From NCBI RefSeq assembly GCF_000143415.4, contig NW_003314399.1:1-64000 (forward strand): a DNA stretch of 64,000 nt, written 5' to 3'. Positions 1 to 13,201 of this stretch are shown one piece after another. Source of the stretch: Selaginella moellendorffii (lineage: Eukaryota; Plantae; Lycopodiophyta). The position numbers were made by a program, and so were the translations under genes. Below the pieces are notes generated by a model. It saw only the letters and a list, made by a program, of their open reading frames with translations, was not told the origin of the DNA and did not search any database. Numbering within the stretch: position 1 is the stretch's first letter; each line of letters begins with the position of its first letter.

Positions 1-714
1 CAATGTAGGTGTGTAGGGATGCTTCCGAGGGGCAAGTGTTGGGCCTGGATTCGTGGTGAAAAATCTGCTTCTGTTCCAGCCCCATGTTTCTATGGGGAAC
101 GAAAGCAAGCAGGATTTTCAAGATGGTGCTGGCTATATTGTTGCAACACCGACGCCAACCATACGAAGCGGCTTGAAGACACTATAGTGACTAAACCTGA
201 TGCAGTACCTAAAGAATGGCCAGTTGTTAATGGGGTCGCGCTCACCTCGGATGAGATTGAAAACCTTGAGAAATCTGGTTTTAATCTTGAGAGGAGAGTT
301 GGAGACATGAGTGACAGGAGCAGGACTATTCCTACAGAGATGCACAGGAGGCCAGCACGAAAAGGTAAAGCAGTTAAATTTATTGGTACCGTCTCCAAGC
401 AGAAGCAAGGTAAAATAAACTTGGCTCAAACACTTGAGTGTGAGATTCTCTCTACGAAGTACATCACTGCGCTTGCAAAGGAGTACATAGTCAAAACAGA
501 AGGTGGAGAGTACACAATTGCCATTCACGACTTTCCTTCTTGCACATGTCCAGACTTTACGAAGCGCGAGGAACATGGGAAGGCATATGCTCCTTGCAAG
601 CATATGTACTACATCTTCATCAACATCTTGCACCAGGATCCTAAAGTGGATATTCATATACACCAAGCAAGCCTTACTATTGCTGAGTTGCAGAAAACTT
701 TTGGAGCTAATTAG
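1..714 (+). CDS. 3' part of a SWIM zinc-finger protein, probably transposon-encoded (frame open from window start)
   Basis: Frame is open from base 1 (QCRCVGMLPRGKC...). C-terminal CTCPDF-x11-CKH matches the SWIM CxC...CxH pattern, and the N-terminal part is also Cys-rich. Confidence 0.65.
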   Translation, partial: QCRCVGMLPRGKCWAWIRGEKSASVPAPCFYGERKQAGFSRWCWLYCCNTDANHTKRLEDTIVTKPDAVPKEWPVVNGVALTSDEIENLEKSGFNLERRVGDMSDRSRTIPTEMHRRPARKGKAVKFIGTVSKQKQGKINLAQTLECEILSTKYITALAKEYIVKTEGGEYTIAIHDFPSCTCPDFTKREEHGKAYAPCKHMYYIFINILHQDPKVDIHIHQASLTIAELQKTFGAN

Positions 715-805
715 ATTTCTCCAACACTATCGATGTTTATTCTCTATCAATAAAACTTATTATACTTTATATAATTAATACAAATGTGCTTTTTCATTTC
801 ACTTT

Positions 806-1258
806 TCATTTTATATGCTTCCGAGTGTTCTTCTCGCAATACTGCCCATAGTACTCGTGTGTCTCCATTTCTGTCTTTACCATCTCAAAAAAGATTTCAT
901 GGTAGTCTTTCGGGTGCGTGATGTTGCAGTGTGTCGCAAGAGCATATATACCATCATACTGATCATTGCCATTGTTTCCACCAGACGCTAGAAAACATAT
1001 GGGGCACTTCTTGAAAGTGGCAGAACTGCACTTTTCTAAAACAAGTAAGAGGGCATTCTTTTTCACCCAATTTGTTGCACCCTCTGTCATTGCATTTATC
1101 TCCAACTCATGATCACTATCCTCACTATCCTCTCTTTCATTCTCTTGTGTGATTTGGTTATGCTGTGCAATGGGATAGTTATTGCATCTCCTAGCCCTTG
1201 AGCCCTGGGAAGAAAGATTGTGAGAGTTAAAATTACCAACACTAGAACCCATAGACAT
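806..1258 (-). CDS. 150-aa protein with an acidic tract and a CxxC...H...H putative zinc finger, convergent with the SWIM ORF
   Basis: Intact ORF starting at ATG; contains EREDSEDSDHE and CPIC...ALATHCNITHPKDYH. Confidence 0.45.
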   Translation of the reverse strand: MSMGSSVGNFNSHNLSSQGSRARRCNNYPIAQHNQITQENEREDSEDSDHELEINAMTEGATNWVKKNALLLVLEKCSSATFKKCPICFLASGGNNGNDQYDGIYALATHCNITHPKDYHEIFFEMVKTEMETHEYYGQYCEKNTRKHIK

Positions 1259-4200
1259 TTGTGGGTGTATTTCCCTTTTTTCGAATGAGAGTGTGAATGA
1301 AGATCTATAAATTCTAGACAGTATGCTACGACAAACCCCTCAAGAATGTATTCTACAAAGAACCAAGTCTTTCTTTTATATGCAATAAGCTTACATCAAC
1401 GGTTATTTTTTTTCCTTTCAAACGGTTATATGGTTTCACATAGAATCTTATTTCAAATTTAATAATTTTTTAATTCTGACAAACCTAACATTTACTAGCC
1501 AGAAAGCATAGAGTACAAATTTAAAGAAGTGACAAGAATACTCTTTTTTCAAACATTTTATTTTATGTTCTAACAAATGTCCCTATCATTGCATGTAGTA
1601 AATATTTAAATTATTAGAACAAAATGTGTTCTTTAGAACATTTTTATCTATATAATATATAGAGAGTTATTAAATTATTAGGTTCGCCATAACCTTAAAA
1701 TTTTAAAATTTATAATGTTTGTACTAAATTACAATTGAAAATTGAGCTCAACTCGTGAGCTCAACTCTTCAACTCGTGAGCTCAAGTATGGTCCGCGCCC
1801 CCAAGGACACAGTCACATGGTGAGGAAGTCCCAAAGGACAGTGAGACTTAGTGGTCAGGCATATGAGCCTTGACGCAGTGGCAATGTTGGCAAACGTGGC
1901 CATGGACAGAAAGGGACTTGGTGGGAACTAAAAAAGGGATATTGGGGAAGAATGTTCCCCATGTCTATGGGCATCCTAAGGATGTTAAAGAGTGGATTTG
2001 GGATGAAGACTCATGAATGGATGATTTAGTCTTTGGGAGATAAGACTATGATGTAAATGGTGTTGGATCATTAGTGTGATAAAGGTGAATGGGCATGGCC
2101 TTAGTGTAATGGGCTGATATGTCGGTGGTACCTTTGGGTGTCGGTCATGGGATCGGACATGTGGAGCACTTGGATCAAGTGCAAAGGTTGAGTGGCATAG
2201 ATGCCATTTTTGGGGCTAATAAACCCTAAATCCGGAATAAGACTTATGGAGGTTGTGAGTGAGACTCCTCCAAGTAGTTAGAGATGTGGTTAAGTGACTG
2301 AAGTAGAATGGAAAATTTAGTTGTTTACTAGAGTTATTCCTTAGTTCGACTCTTACTGGTGGTCAAGTATATCACCACTTATCTTAGCATTGGAAAGTCC
2401 CAGAAGTGGGCCTATCCTTGAGGAGTAACATGTTGAAAGGGCATGACTCTCCACCTTAATTCATAAATGAACATGTTGGCAATGTGGTGGATAGAAAGAG
2501 GCCAATTTGGGAACGACTTTGGAATCTTGGGAATAGTATAAGGTTTTCCTTAGAGAGTTGAGGATGTGATCCAGAGGAGTGTTTGATATAACAAATTGGC
2601 TAATGTAGTTGTGGTAAACAACTATAGTTGGGATCACGGGAAAGATATAGACTCCAAAACTATAAAGGAGTCACAAGATTATCCTCATATAGTTGAGGCT
2701 GGTGCTCATGAATTTGAGATTAGAATTAATAAATATGAGAAGTAAAATACGGATGAAGACACAAGTCTTTGAAATGGTAGCTAGGGTTACCTTTTATAAA
2801 TGCTGGAAAAAACTCTAAAACACTAGGAAGTGGTGTTTGGTATTAAAAGGGCATTAAAGGAGGCCCAAGGGACTAAGTCCTTAGTAAGTAATGGATAAAA
2901 AGTGCTATCCAATGTCTAAGGTCACGAAGACAAGAGAAGTTTATCTATCCAAATTAGACAAAGCTAACAAGGATTTTGGCATGGTTAGCAATAGGCATAA
3001 AGAGGCCCATATGTAGCAATATTAATCCTGGTGTGTGGGATTACATGATGAGTATATCCAAATTGAAGAACCACTCCTTAAGTTATTGAGTAGGTTCATC
3101 CCTAAGAATACTTGTTAAGGCATGGTAAAAAGTGCAAAACTACCCTCTTAGTTTGGAGGAGAATAACTAAAGGGAAGACAAAAGGCTAAAAGCAAATAGT
3201 AAAGGAATAGAACCGAACGATAGGAATCGAAAGGAATAATCAAGGGTAATTATGCAAGTTAAGAGTGAATAATCAAGTGGGTGATCGAACATGTTATTAT
3301 TAACAGCCATGATACCATGGAAAGTTTAAAGTATAGAATTGTCCACGTTAGACCATATAGCAATTAAAAAGCTTGCGAAAGGGGAGGCTTTAGCAAGCTA
3401 AGGGATAAAGTCAATTTAAGGTGAGGATTTAGTCCTTGAGTGTTCAAAGAGATGGCTTTGAATGAAAGTCGATGGTTAAAGACTTTCACACTTATGCATG
3501 AAACCATATTATGCTAGTCATGTGACTTGTTAAGCGAAATTGGTAAGTCGGAGCAAACAAAAACCCTAGTTGGAGGTGTTGACTTCAAAAAGGGGTAGCC
3601 CATGGGGCCAAGCATGAAGGAGTCCATGCATGATTATAAACTTGTTAAGTGAAAGGATTTGGTAGTTTGGAGGAATTAGGTTCCTAAGTTATAATCCATG
3701 GCATGCTTTAAGTATAAGTTGGTGCACCAGTATAGGGAGTCATGCCATGCATCTTGGGTGATGCCATCCATATATGCATATACGGAGGTTGGGTTTGAGT
3801 TCCAACCATGGTTTGGAATATGAAGACACTCATTTTTTGGTGGTCATGGACTCTGGGAACACCGCTAAGTGGGGGATGCCTTAGAGTCATGATGCACGGT
3901 TAGATTGCTTAGTGTGAAATTTAGTATATTTAACTTGAATACTTTGGTGCAAGTAACACCAAGGAGATAGGGACACCTAATTTCAGTTGCTATAGACCCT
4001 TGGTCAGAAGGGCTAGCATGGGTGCATCGCCAAGTGTGGGGTTATGGTCAACAATTTAAAGGTCTAAAAGACCTAATACTTATTGGCAAACCTGTTAAAG
4101 TGTCAAGGTTAGATCACTAGGTGATCTTACGGCTAAACAAGGACAAGGTCCTTGTGAAGTTAAAGAATAAGATTCCTAGTTCAAAGTATTGATTTAAACT

Positions 4201-5424
4201 ATTGATAATGGTGTGGCTCGGTCAAGATAACCAAATGGGAAGGGCACATAAGGGAAATCAACTATAATAATATAATGGTATTGTAAGTTTAAGAAAATAG
4301 TTTCCAAGGAAGGACCCATGAATGGGTCATAGAGTTAGGCTATAGATAAAGCCTAGAATAGAAAATATTGGGGAGACTTACTAGGGGTGAACACTCTCTA
4401 GATTTAGCAAAAGCAAAGTTTTTGCTATGGGAATAAAGGGATACCTCAAGGATGGAGGTAGTGATCCTATATTATTTGGTGTAACAATTAAAGGATGGGA
4501 GCAAAAGATTAGTAGCTAAAAATGGGCCATGGAAATTATTGGAAGGACCAAATGGCCCTATTAAGTGAAGAACATTCTTAGGTTGGGTGCTAATGGATTT
4601 TGGGAAAGGAAATACATTTTCAATGATGGATTCTCAAATGCTTCAATTTGGTAAAGGAGAAAACTCCAAAGGAAGGAGTGGCAAGGTAGCCAAATGATAA
4701 AGTTGTGGATAGCCCTAGAACAAATTATGGGTAAATGGAATTTAGTGCCTAGAATTGCACAAAAATAGAAGAGAGGATGATGTCCTCAAGTACAAAACTT
4801 TCTAGGATGGGGGAATGGAGATTGCACAATATATGCAAAGCACGGTCTCGGAGACACGTAGGAAATTAATTTCTAAAAATCAAAGTTAAAAGGTTCCAAA
4901 GTGCTATAATTATATCAATAAAAGTTAAGACTACTTGAGTATAAATAGTGGGATTGAGATAAAGAAGGTTCTTCTAATGGGTTTAACGAGAACTAAACCA
5001 ATAAAGGAAGAGAACCACTACAAGTGGTCTATGTTGGAAAGACTATACTTTTTAGAGGATGGACAAGGTTTGCTGAGCCTTCGGTGTCAAACCATTGATG
5101 GATAATTGGCTAGATGCCAAGGATGAGAAGTGGTAATCCATGATAGAGTACTTTATAAAAATGTTTACTATTTAATGAGGATATCAAACTTCATTTATGG
5201 GTGGTGGAGTTGTGAGACACAAATCCCTAAGCCTCAAAGTGGAGCTAAAAGGGTGCCATATGGTAATGGCCGAAGTGAAAGCCAAACGAGCATAACACAT
5301 TTGGACTAAAAACTCTGACTTGAAGAGTTGTGGAACTCCCAACGAAATACTCAAGGAACGAGCACAAGGCAAATAATAAGAGAGCCTTTAGAAAAGGGAC
5401 ATAAGAAGACCAACACATGACACA

Positions 5425-5690
5425 TGGTGGAGTCCAAGACAGACCCAAGGTGGAATCCAAGATAGAGTTTGAGATGGACCCGAGATAGAGTCCGAGATGG
5501 ACCAAGATGGAGTCCGAGATGGACCAATATGGAGTCTGAGATGGACCCAAGATAGAGTCTGAGGTCAAGGCCAAGATCAAGACCAAGACCGAGACCGGGA
5601 TTGGGACTGAGATTGAGACCGAGTCCGAGTCTAAGTCCAAGCTCGAGTCTGAGCCAAGTCCGAGTCTGAGTCCGAGTTCGAGTCCAAGGG
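5425..5690. repeat. Minisatellite inside the family A LTR (12-bp GAGATGGACCC/GAGATGGAGTCC units followed by 6-bp units)
   Basis: Visible tandem periodicity; the same array occurs inverted at 60300-60615. Confidence 0.85.
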
Positions 5691-6066
5691 TATAAACCCA
5701 AAGCTTTTATCCCTAGGGGGTTTGGTGAGCTCCAAAAGTATAGTAGGGGGAGGACTCCAATGGAGCTAGTTTGGCTAAGAAAAGCTAATGTGACCAAGGA
5801 AAACTATACATATGGTGGGTGATAAAACCACTGAGGAGTCCAAAGCTAAAGTGAACACAAATAAACAAGTGGGGTAACTTGGTGAAGTGTTTAAGAGTTA
5901 ACTTTAGCTCCCCTAAGAGATCGAATGGTTGATGCTCCCAATCCAAGTGTGGGTGGGACTCTCTATTTGGATACTTTGCATGGCTCATCGGAACCTCACT
6001 CTAACAATATAGCTAAACCATCTAAAGGTAGAAGGTGGGGAGAGTACCTACAAGGCTCACATAGGG

Positions 6067-9000
6067 TGTCGTGAATGTGACTTCGGATATCAAAAGTTAC
6101 CTATCAGTTAGTCCTTTTGGATATTCTTTCTTTACTGCCACGACGGCAAAAGGTTGGTATTGCTGGACCCGTTATCAGTTTCCCACTTGATGAAAGAAAG
6201 AATGACTCTTAGTCTAGAAATGCAAACTTTCAAGACTCAACCAACTTCTTCTTACCAACAACTTCACATAGGTTCACTTCAACATATATTCTCACGACCC
6301 CTAGTATATCTAAGCAATGAAAATCATGCCCATATTTCAACATTCAACACCAACATTCGTAAAATGCAAAATGAACATCCAAGGCCTGATCACAAAGACT
6401 ATATCTTTGGATATCCACATTGCACTAACACTCTTCTTCAACAACTTTTAAAATCTAATATGAAACCAAAATGCTAACAAGAAAAAGAAAATGACATGGA
6501 AAATCAAGGTCTAAGGAAAATTCCTCATCACTCAAAATCACAATGCCACTTCCATTAACACCAGTGTTAGCCATGCCAATGCCTCAACTTCACACTTTCA
6601 CCATTCAATAATCTACTCTAAGTGCAATGGATGAATCGACAAGCCATAGCAAGTGAATATTATTACCCTTTCCAACACCTTATGGGCAACCCCTCAAGAA
6701 CCAAGGTACTAACATAAGCTTAGCATATCATAAATCATTATTGAGAACCAAGTCAAAGCTACTTCAATGCTACTACTTGCAAGTAGATTAGCTTCACTAT
6801 CAACCACTTTATGGTTGATCATCATTTAACCAAGCAACTTTGTAAACATATTGTTCACTATCACATGGATATGACATAAAAATCATAATGACTTGATCAT
6901 CAATTGAGCAACACCATGAGCAAGCCCACATTATTAATTCAAAAGTTCACATGAGTATCAAGTGCTAACTCAATTCGACAAAATGCAACATAAATGCTAC
7001 ACCCCACCGATAGAGATTTATAACACCAATACCACCAACTTTGTTCATAACATAAATAAGCTCATACCACTCTCTTTTTAACCAAACTCAAAACTAATCC
7101 AACACCAAGCTACTCACCTTGAAAAAAAATTGAACATTGTAACCCAAGTCTTCAATAGTAAGCCTAGATAAAATGGTATAGCACTTTATCGCTATCCATC
7201 CCATAACTCACCATTTGTAAGACTATCATTTCCAACATGCATCAAAATAAGGTCTCTTGATTGCATAACATGAACACGAGCAATGAGTTAACACTTCGTT
7301 GCAAATCACCTCTCCAAAAAGAGAAGATGATTTATGTGTTTGATCATTCATCTCTGACAACTCTCTTTTTGAACTTTACTTTGACCAAACCTCAAGCTTG
7401 CTTTTGCACCGCCTTCAATCCAATCCAAGAAAAGTTTATGAGAAAGCGTGGCAATGACTACTTGAACCAATAGACTAATTCCTATAGTCTTGGTTGATCC
7501 ATGTAGCGCACCTGAATTTAGAGCCGAACTCCAAGCCCGTTGTGCTACGAATGAGGGTTCGGTACAATCGAGCACCAACTCCCCGTATCCAGCTCCTGCA
7601 CGCAAAATGGTGTCAGACGGAGTCTGGCACAATTTTGGCATACCAGTGGCCTAACACGAGGAGGAGGGTACTCCACCAACTAGAACAGCATGGAGCTTGG
7701 GCTTGGGCTTAAACCTAAGCCAGACACAGAACAAGGAGTGACACAACCCAGCGGAAGGCAAACTAATGTCTCAGATGGTCAGACATGCATTCCAACCACT
7801 ATCCCTACTATACATTTGGAACCCCCCACAGCCCCCCCCCCCCCTTGAGGAACACACGCTTTGGGCTTTCACCCCAAGGCTCCTTTAGTACTAGGAGTTA
7901 GTCTCTGGGACAAGCTCGAAACTTACTAATGATGTGTTCCATTTGCATGAGTTTGCACTTGGGCTCGTGAGTGAGGCACATTAGCAACTCAATGTTATAC
8001 ATTTGAATTGGCAGGATTAATGTAAACCTATCAGTGGTTCCATAAGTATTTCCAAGTACCATAGGTTAAAGTAAACCTCCCTTGGGTTTGCTATGAGTGG
8101 TAAATAGGCTGTTCCGTAGCTGCTTAGCACGGCATTAGTGAATCCTTCCTAGATATGATTACGAGTGGATTGTCGCGAATGTGACTTCAGGTATCAAAAG
8201 ATACTTGTCGGCCAGTCCTTACGGGCACTCTTTCCTTACTGCCATGACGGCAGGAGGTCGGTACTGTTGGTTCCCTTCAATAGCCCCTCTTGTCCAAGTG
8301 TTAGCAAACTGGACTTAGCATATGTACTTGGCCGGATGAGCATAAGGAAGGAATTCCTAAGTGTCTATTTAGCCAAGCATACTTGGCCCGGCTTGTTAGT
8401 TCTCTTTTGCTCTGTCTTGCACTTGCTTGGCAAGAACCCTCACGTATTGAGACTAGTCCCTCAACATCGCCAGATGATAGCTTACCGTGTCTGCCAAACA
8501 CCCTCGCTATCACGCCCTTTGTGTTGGTTTCATTTCAGTCCCAAATGCTATTTATGGAAAGTGTCTAGATTAGCTCATTTAGTATATCTACGGAATGTAG
8601 AGATCGGCCTGAACACAATGGTGTTCATCCCGTGTCGAAATTCGCAATCTAAGGACATTCTATAATTAGTAAGTTTCGAGCTTGTCCCAAACACTAACTC
8701 CTGGTATTAAGGGAGGCTAGAGCAAGCTCATATAATCTAGTACAAAAAAATAACCAAAATCTCTACCCAAGGAATGATTGTAAAGCCTTTTCACCCAAAT
8801 GTATACCCACTTGGTCATTTTCATCTTTGCATATACAACAAGATTAATTGTCCAATCTCATTAGATAGTACTTGCTAAGACTCATCCTCTAATACCAAAC
8901 GTAGCGCATGTGGTTTTTACCCTTTATCCTATGGTGATTTACCATAAGATAACTATGAAGTAGAACCTAAACCCTCTATATACCACGTGTTATATGCCAA

Positions 9001-9458
9001 ATGTCACATGCCACATGTCCAAAGGACAGTGGTGTGGAACCCAAGTTTCAGAGCCTTAGCCACTGAACAAAAGAACGGTGCCAAACTCCTAAACATGAAG
9101 CCAAGGAGCAATGGCACTAGAGCATGGAATGACTCCCAAGCATACAGCTCAAAGAGCAAAGGAACATGAGCGCAGAGCGATTTAGAACAGTCCTAAAGCA
9201 TCCAACATCCCAATGCCAGAACCAATATGTAAAATGGAGCCAAATAGAGTTTGGCACTATTTCAGCAAACTAGTGGCCTAATAGAAGGATATGGGTACTC
9301 CACCAACTAACATAGTATGGAACTTAAGCTTAGACCTAAGCCGGATGCAGAACAAATACAAGCATGCAAGTGGGAGCTAGACTATGCCTTAGGTTGGTCA
9401 AGCATACCTAATCTACCTACTATCCCTACTATATATTTGAAATTTAAAACCCCCCACA
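6067..9458. mobile_element. Nested family B LTR-element fragments
   Basis: Left-end motif TGTCG(C/T)GAATGTGACTTC at 6067 and 8171. Minus-strand LTR 7502-7830 has a poly-G PPT at 7831-7850. Minus-strand LTR 8900-9458 has a degenerate tRNA-iMet PBS (TGGTATTAGAGG) at 8886-8897. Confidence 0.7.
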
Positions 9459-9749
9459 GCTAGTGTGATAAAGATGAATGGGCATGACCTTAGTGTAACG
9501 AACTGATATGTCAGTGATACCTTTAGGTGTTGGTCATGGGATTGGACATGTGAAGCACTTGGACCAAATGCAAAGGTTGAGTGGCATGGATGCCATTCTC
9601 GGGGCTAGCAAACCCCAAGTCCAGAATAGAACTTATGGAGGTTGTAAGTGAGACTCCTCCAAGTGATTGGAGATGTGGTTAAGTGACTAAAGTAGAATGG
9701 AAAATTTAGTTGCTTACACAAGTCCAACTTGAGTTTTCTCCTAGCCTCC

Positions 9750-12480
9750 CAATATGGACACAACACTGTATGCTCCACTAGAAAGCACGAGAATTGGCCA
9801 TATTTTATTTCTACAGCTTCGAAAATCCTTTTTAACTTGTCTATGATGTCCCTATTTAGTTGAAGATGCCTGTATTTAAAAAACAAGCTATGTTATCCAC
9901 TAAAAAATGACAAAACTAAATCTTAACATTTTTCCAAGTACAAGTGTCTTGTAATCTCTACGATAGCGTAGGCATTTGGATCATGTGAGTTCTCCACCAC
10001 AGTGTCAATACCCCCATCATAGAAGAGAGCTTTATAGTCAACCTCCACAATACCTGCTTGGCCAAGAATGCATTGCCACTCCTGCCAATACAACATTGCA
10101 TTCTTATTGAGAATCTAACATAGAAAAGAGCTCCCCATAAGCCATTTCAATTGAGGGGCTTTTGCTATTATCTCCACCATGTCCTCGTCCTCTACATCTC
10201 CCATTCCATACCACCCAAGGACTTTGGTCTTCAACCATGTTACCATAGCTATCATATTGTCATCCTAAGATTTGAAGGCAAATTACTCTTGTTGCACGCT
10301 TGATAGCACCAATCTCCCCTACTTACAACAATTGAAATCTCACATTTTCTTGTGAGGCTATCTGGACTTCTTGTATGTACTGCTCACACACTCGCGGCTA
10401 ACTGTCTTGCATACATTCAAACCTACATGCACAATTGTTAGTAAGATGTCAACAAAACACATGAAAAGCTTACTTTGGTACATCTCCAACCTCTAGGAGA
10501 TCTATTAAACATGTAGGTGGTTGCATGTCACTCCCATCACAAATTGGAACTTGGTGTGATAAATCTTCCTTCATTCGGTTGTATTCACTGTCAAATATCA
10601 TAAGCAATCGATCTATGGAGAAGTGTTAGGGATGGAGGCAATAGAAAACAACACTTCTTACCTGAACTAGACATTGGAACAAATGGTGGGAGTTCTGGTA
10701 CATCTTTTATTTCTTTTAGTTTTTCATCTTTTGCATTAACTCTGCCGGCATGAACAACCACCTCTTCATTGCATTGTTGCTGTCGAATATCTAACAAACT
10801 AATATTTTCTTCTTGTAGGATTTGATTGACAGCATTGCTTGGTGCTAGAGATGGTATCCCAACACTTGTAAATGCATCTGTAAGAAATAAATGACACCAT
10901 CAATATAATGATAAAATTCTACAAGAAAAAAGAAATATACCATTGGTATTGTTCTCTTGCTGCCAATAGGTATATGCCCATTTTTAGTAGTGAAGCAAGT
11001 GTTTGTGCATCAAGTATTGACTTATGTCGTACAAGTAGATGACCAAAGATAGTTTTTGTTGCTTTTGTTAGTCATTGCATTCCAAAAGCATAGCTTCAAA
11101 AAGCTAAAAAGCTCTCTCCAAACTTGAGAGTCTCAACATACACCGATGTTCCTTGCATCTTGCGAGACTTCTTCACAAAGGCACCAAGCGGTGTAAATTG
11201 ATCTATTGGTAGATTGTGTGGAGGACGTTGGAGCATGTCACGAATAGCATATTGAGCTGTCCCTGGAACAAAAGCATTTTTCCTAGTATGTACTGCCCCA
11301 TTCCAAACACTCTAGTAGCTTGAACTCAATATCCATGATCTCTGTAATCTTTACACAAAGTTCCTTGAGCCAGCTATAGATATGCTCATACCATGCAATC
11401 TAAATAGCAATATACTTGGAGCACGACATTGTCATCAATGACTAAGGTACTCCTTCATTAAAAGAGCCTCCACACCTCAACAGTTCTAGGGTGCCAAAGA
11501 CTGAAGGTTGTTTGCTGCACGTTGTTGAACACTAGCCATAATAGGTGATACAGTCTGCATGGAGATATTTTAGCTATGAAAAGCATCAAAAAAATAAACC
11601 TTACTGATGGCTCAAGTGGCAATGCACAAGCTGCCACCTCTCAATAGCGATCTGTCATTGGGCCATTGCAAGATGTTGAGGACCCCATCGAGAGAGTGTA
11701 GTGCCTGAGGCTTCTAGAAAATCTAATTGCTGACCATTGTCTAGATGCCAATGTGGCAAATGCATTGAGTTGTGACTAGGAAATACAATCAGAGAGTGAG
11801 TATTGCAAATAGGAAAAACAAAAAGCTAACCACTCTTATGCATCCCTCTGGATGTTAGAGCCAACTGTGTTAGTGTGTGCTCGGTGGTGTTGTGTGGCCT
11901 TGAAGAATAAGATTGTCTAGGAGTATAATGCATGTGTTGGCACTCAATTGTGGGATTTGAGCTGCAACAAGTTATGTATGTTGTTGCCCGCATTGATCAT
12001 GTTGTTGCCCGCAAGAATCTTGTTAGAAGAAGGATGGGAATGGGACATAGATCACATATGGGCGAGAGTGTTCTCTGTGATTGTTCTCTTGGCTTGCTCA
12101 TGTGCTGTAGGCATGATAGGAACTGAACCAGACAGAGTGCTACTCACATTAGATAGCCACAGAAGATTGAGTGCCTACTATGAATCCACTAGAGGATCCT
12201 TTCTCCGGGTTTCCCCACTTCTTGTTGTTTTTAGCCCACTCACCTGGAAAAAAAGAAGATATGGTTCAGATGGGACAAAGATCGCTTTAGCTTTACCATG
12301 CTGTAGTGCTGCCTGATCGATCGCTAGAACACCCGCAAGAAATGGATGATGAAGTTTGCTGCCTCTGAAGCTTGTGATAGCGGGAGAACACAAAATTGAG
12401 GCAAAACTGTAATCATGCCAAGTTTCAAATCCAATATTAATAAATTGATATCTCACACTGTCCAAAGAAATTAATTGTTT
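9750..12480 (-). pseudogene. Degraded multi-exon gene of unknown identity, possibly from a DNA transposon
   Basis: Minus-strand protein-like stretches with stops (e.g. ILNKNAMLYWQEWQCILGQAGIVEVDYKALFYDGG; FVPGTAQYAIRDMLQRPP) separated by short GT-AG intron-like segments. AT-rich flank at 12600-12860. Confidence 0.35.
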
Positions 12481-12869
12481 GTGTCTTGCACCAAACGGTG
12501 ACCCTAACCCTAAAATGGAAAATAGCTATAACCTTATACTCATCATCGACCTAAAAGTTCTATGGAACTTATGGTTGAATTTACACTTGAATGGAGGTTC
12601 TATGGCTCTCAGATAGTAGAATAAGAATTTTAAAAATACATTAAACCAAAATTAATGGTTTTTAATTAAAATATAATTAAAAGGGAGCTAGATATTATTA
12701 TAATTAAAATAAAATCAGAATTGCCCACTTTATTATCATTAAATAAATAAAGAAATCATAAATATTATTTATAATAATAAACAAAAAACTATAAACTAGG
12801 CACTATTGTGTTATTATATAGTTGAAATAAAGTAAAATCATACTTTAATTTAAATATTTCTGGCCACAA

Positions 12870-13090
12870 TAAGCTAGTATACATTTGGCTTAGCAAAGCT
12901 AGAACATACTTGGAGGGTAAAGAGGTTTGTTATGAACTTGGATGAATGTCTTGGATGGTGCTTCCTTCAATAGTGGCTGTCACTTTAAGCGAATGGTCAT
13001 GATATAGCTTAGAAAGCTTTACTGCAGTCACTATTGAAGCATTAAACTCTCAAATCTTTGTTATAGCACTAAACGCTTGCTCAAACCGCA
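12870..13090 (+). pseudogene. Decayed PPR gene fragment
   Basis: Translates in part to IFVIALNACS, resembling the PLS-PPR motif TFVxxLxACS; heavily disrupted. Confidence 0.3.
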
Positions 13091-13201
13091 TGAGAAAGGA
13101 AGCTAGATATGAGTTTGGTGATGGAGGAGAACTTGTCAAGGTGAATTTACAACATAAACATTTGACACAAACCTTGTCCTTGCAGCCTCCTAATGCAATA
13201 C

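Larger units (their letters stand above)
1..1800. mobile_element. Right end of a putative DNA transposon (MULE/MuDR-like) inserted into an LTR
   Basis: Two convergent ORFs, an AT-rich subterminal region, GAGCTC repeats at 1742-1786 and a GC-rich end (GGTCCGCGCCC). The end abuts mid-LTR family A sequence, which resumes at 1801 (homologous to the reverse complement of ~59780-59810). Confidence 0.45.
1801..9718 (+). mobile_element. Decayed LTR retrotransposon, family A: partial 5' LTR 1801-2328, internal region 2329-5204, 3' LTR 5205-6066 plus 9461-9718 interrupted by nested insertions
   Basis: 2071-2328 is repeated at 9461-9718, ending TTACA. A G-rich PPT-like tract precedes 5205. Most of the unit is homologous to the reverse complement of 56600-60853. 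No intact ORF. Confidence 0.75.

Noticed and set aside
5425-5690. Possible CRISPR-like array
   Set aside because: Contiguous degenerate tandem units with no unique spacers, in eukaryotic LTR context.
5245-5797. ORFs with LGLGLG, RTRT or SPSP repeats here and at 60165-60696
   Set aside because: These are translations of the LTR minisatellite; they are open in several frames because of low complexity.
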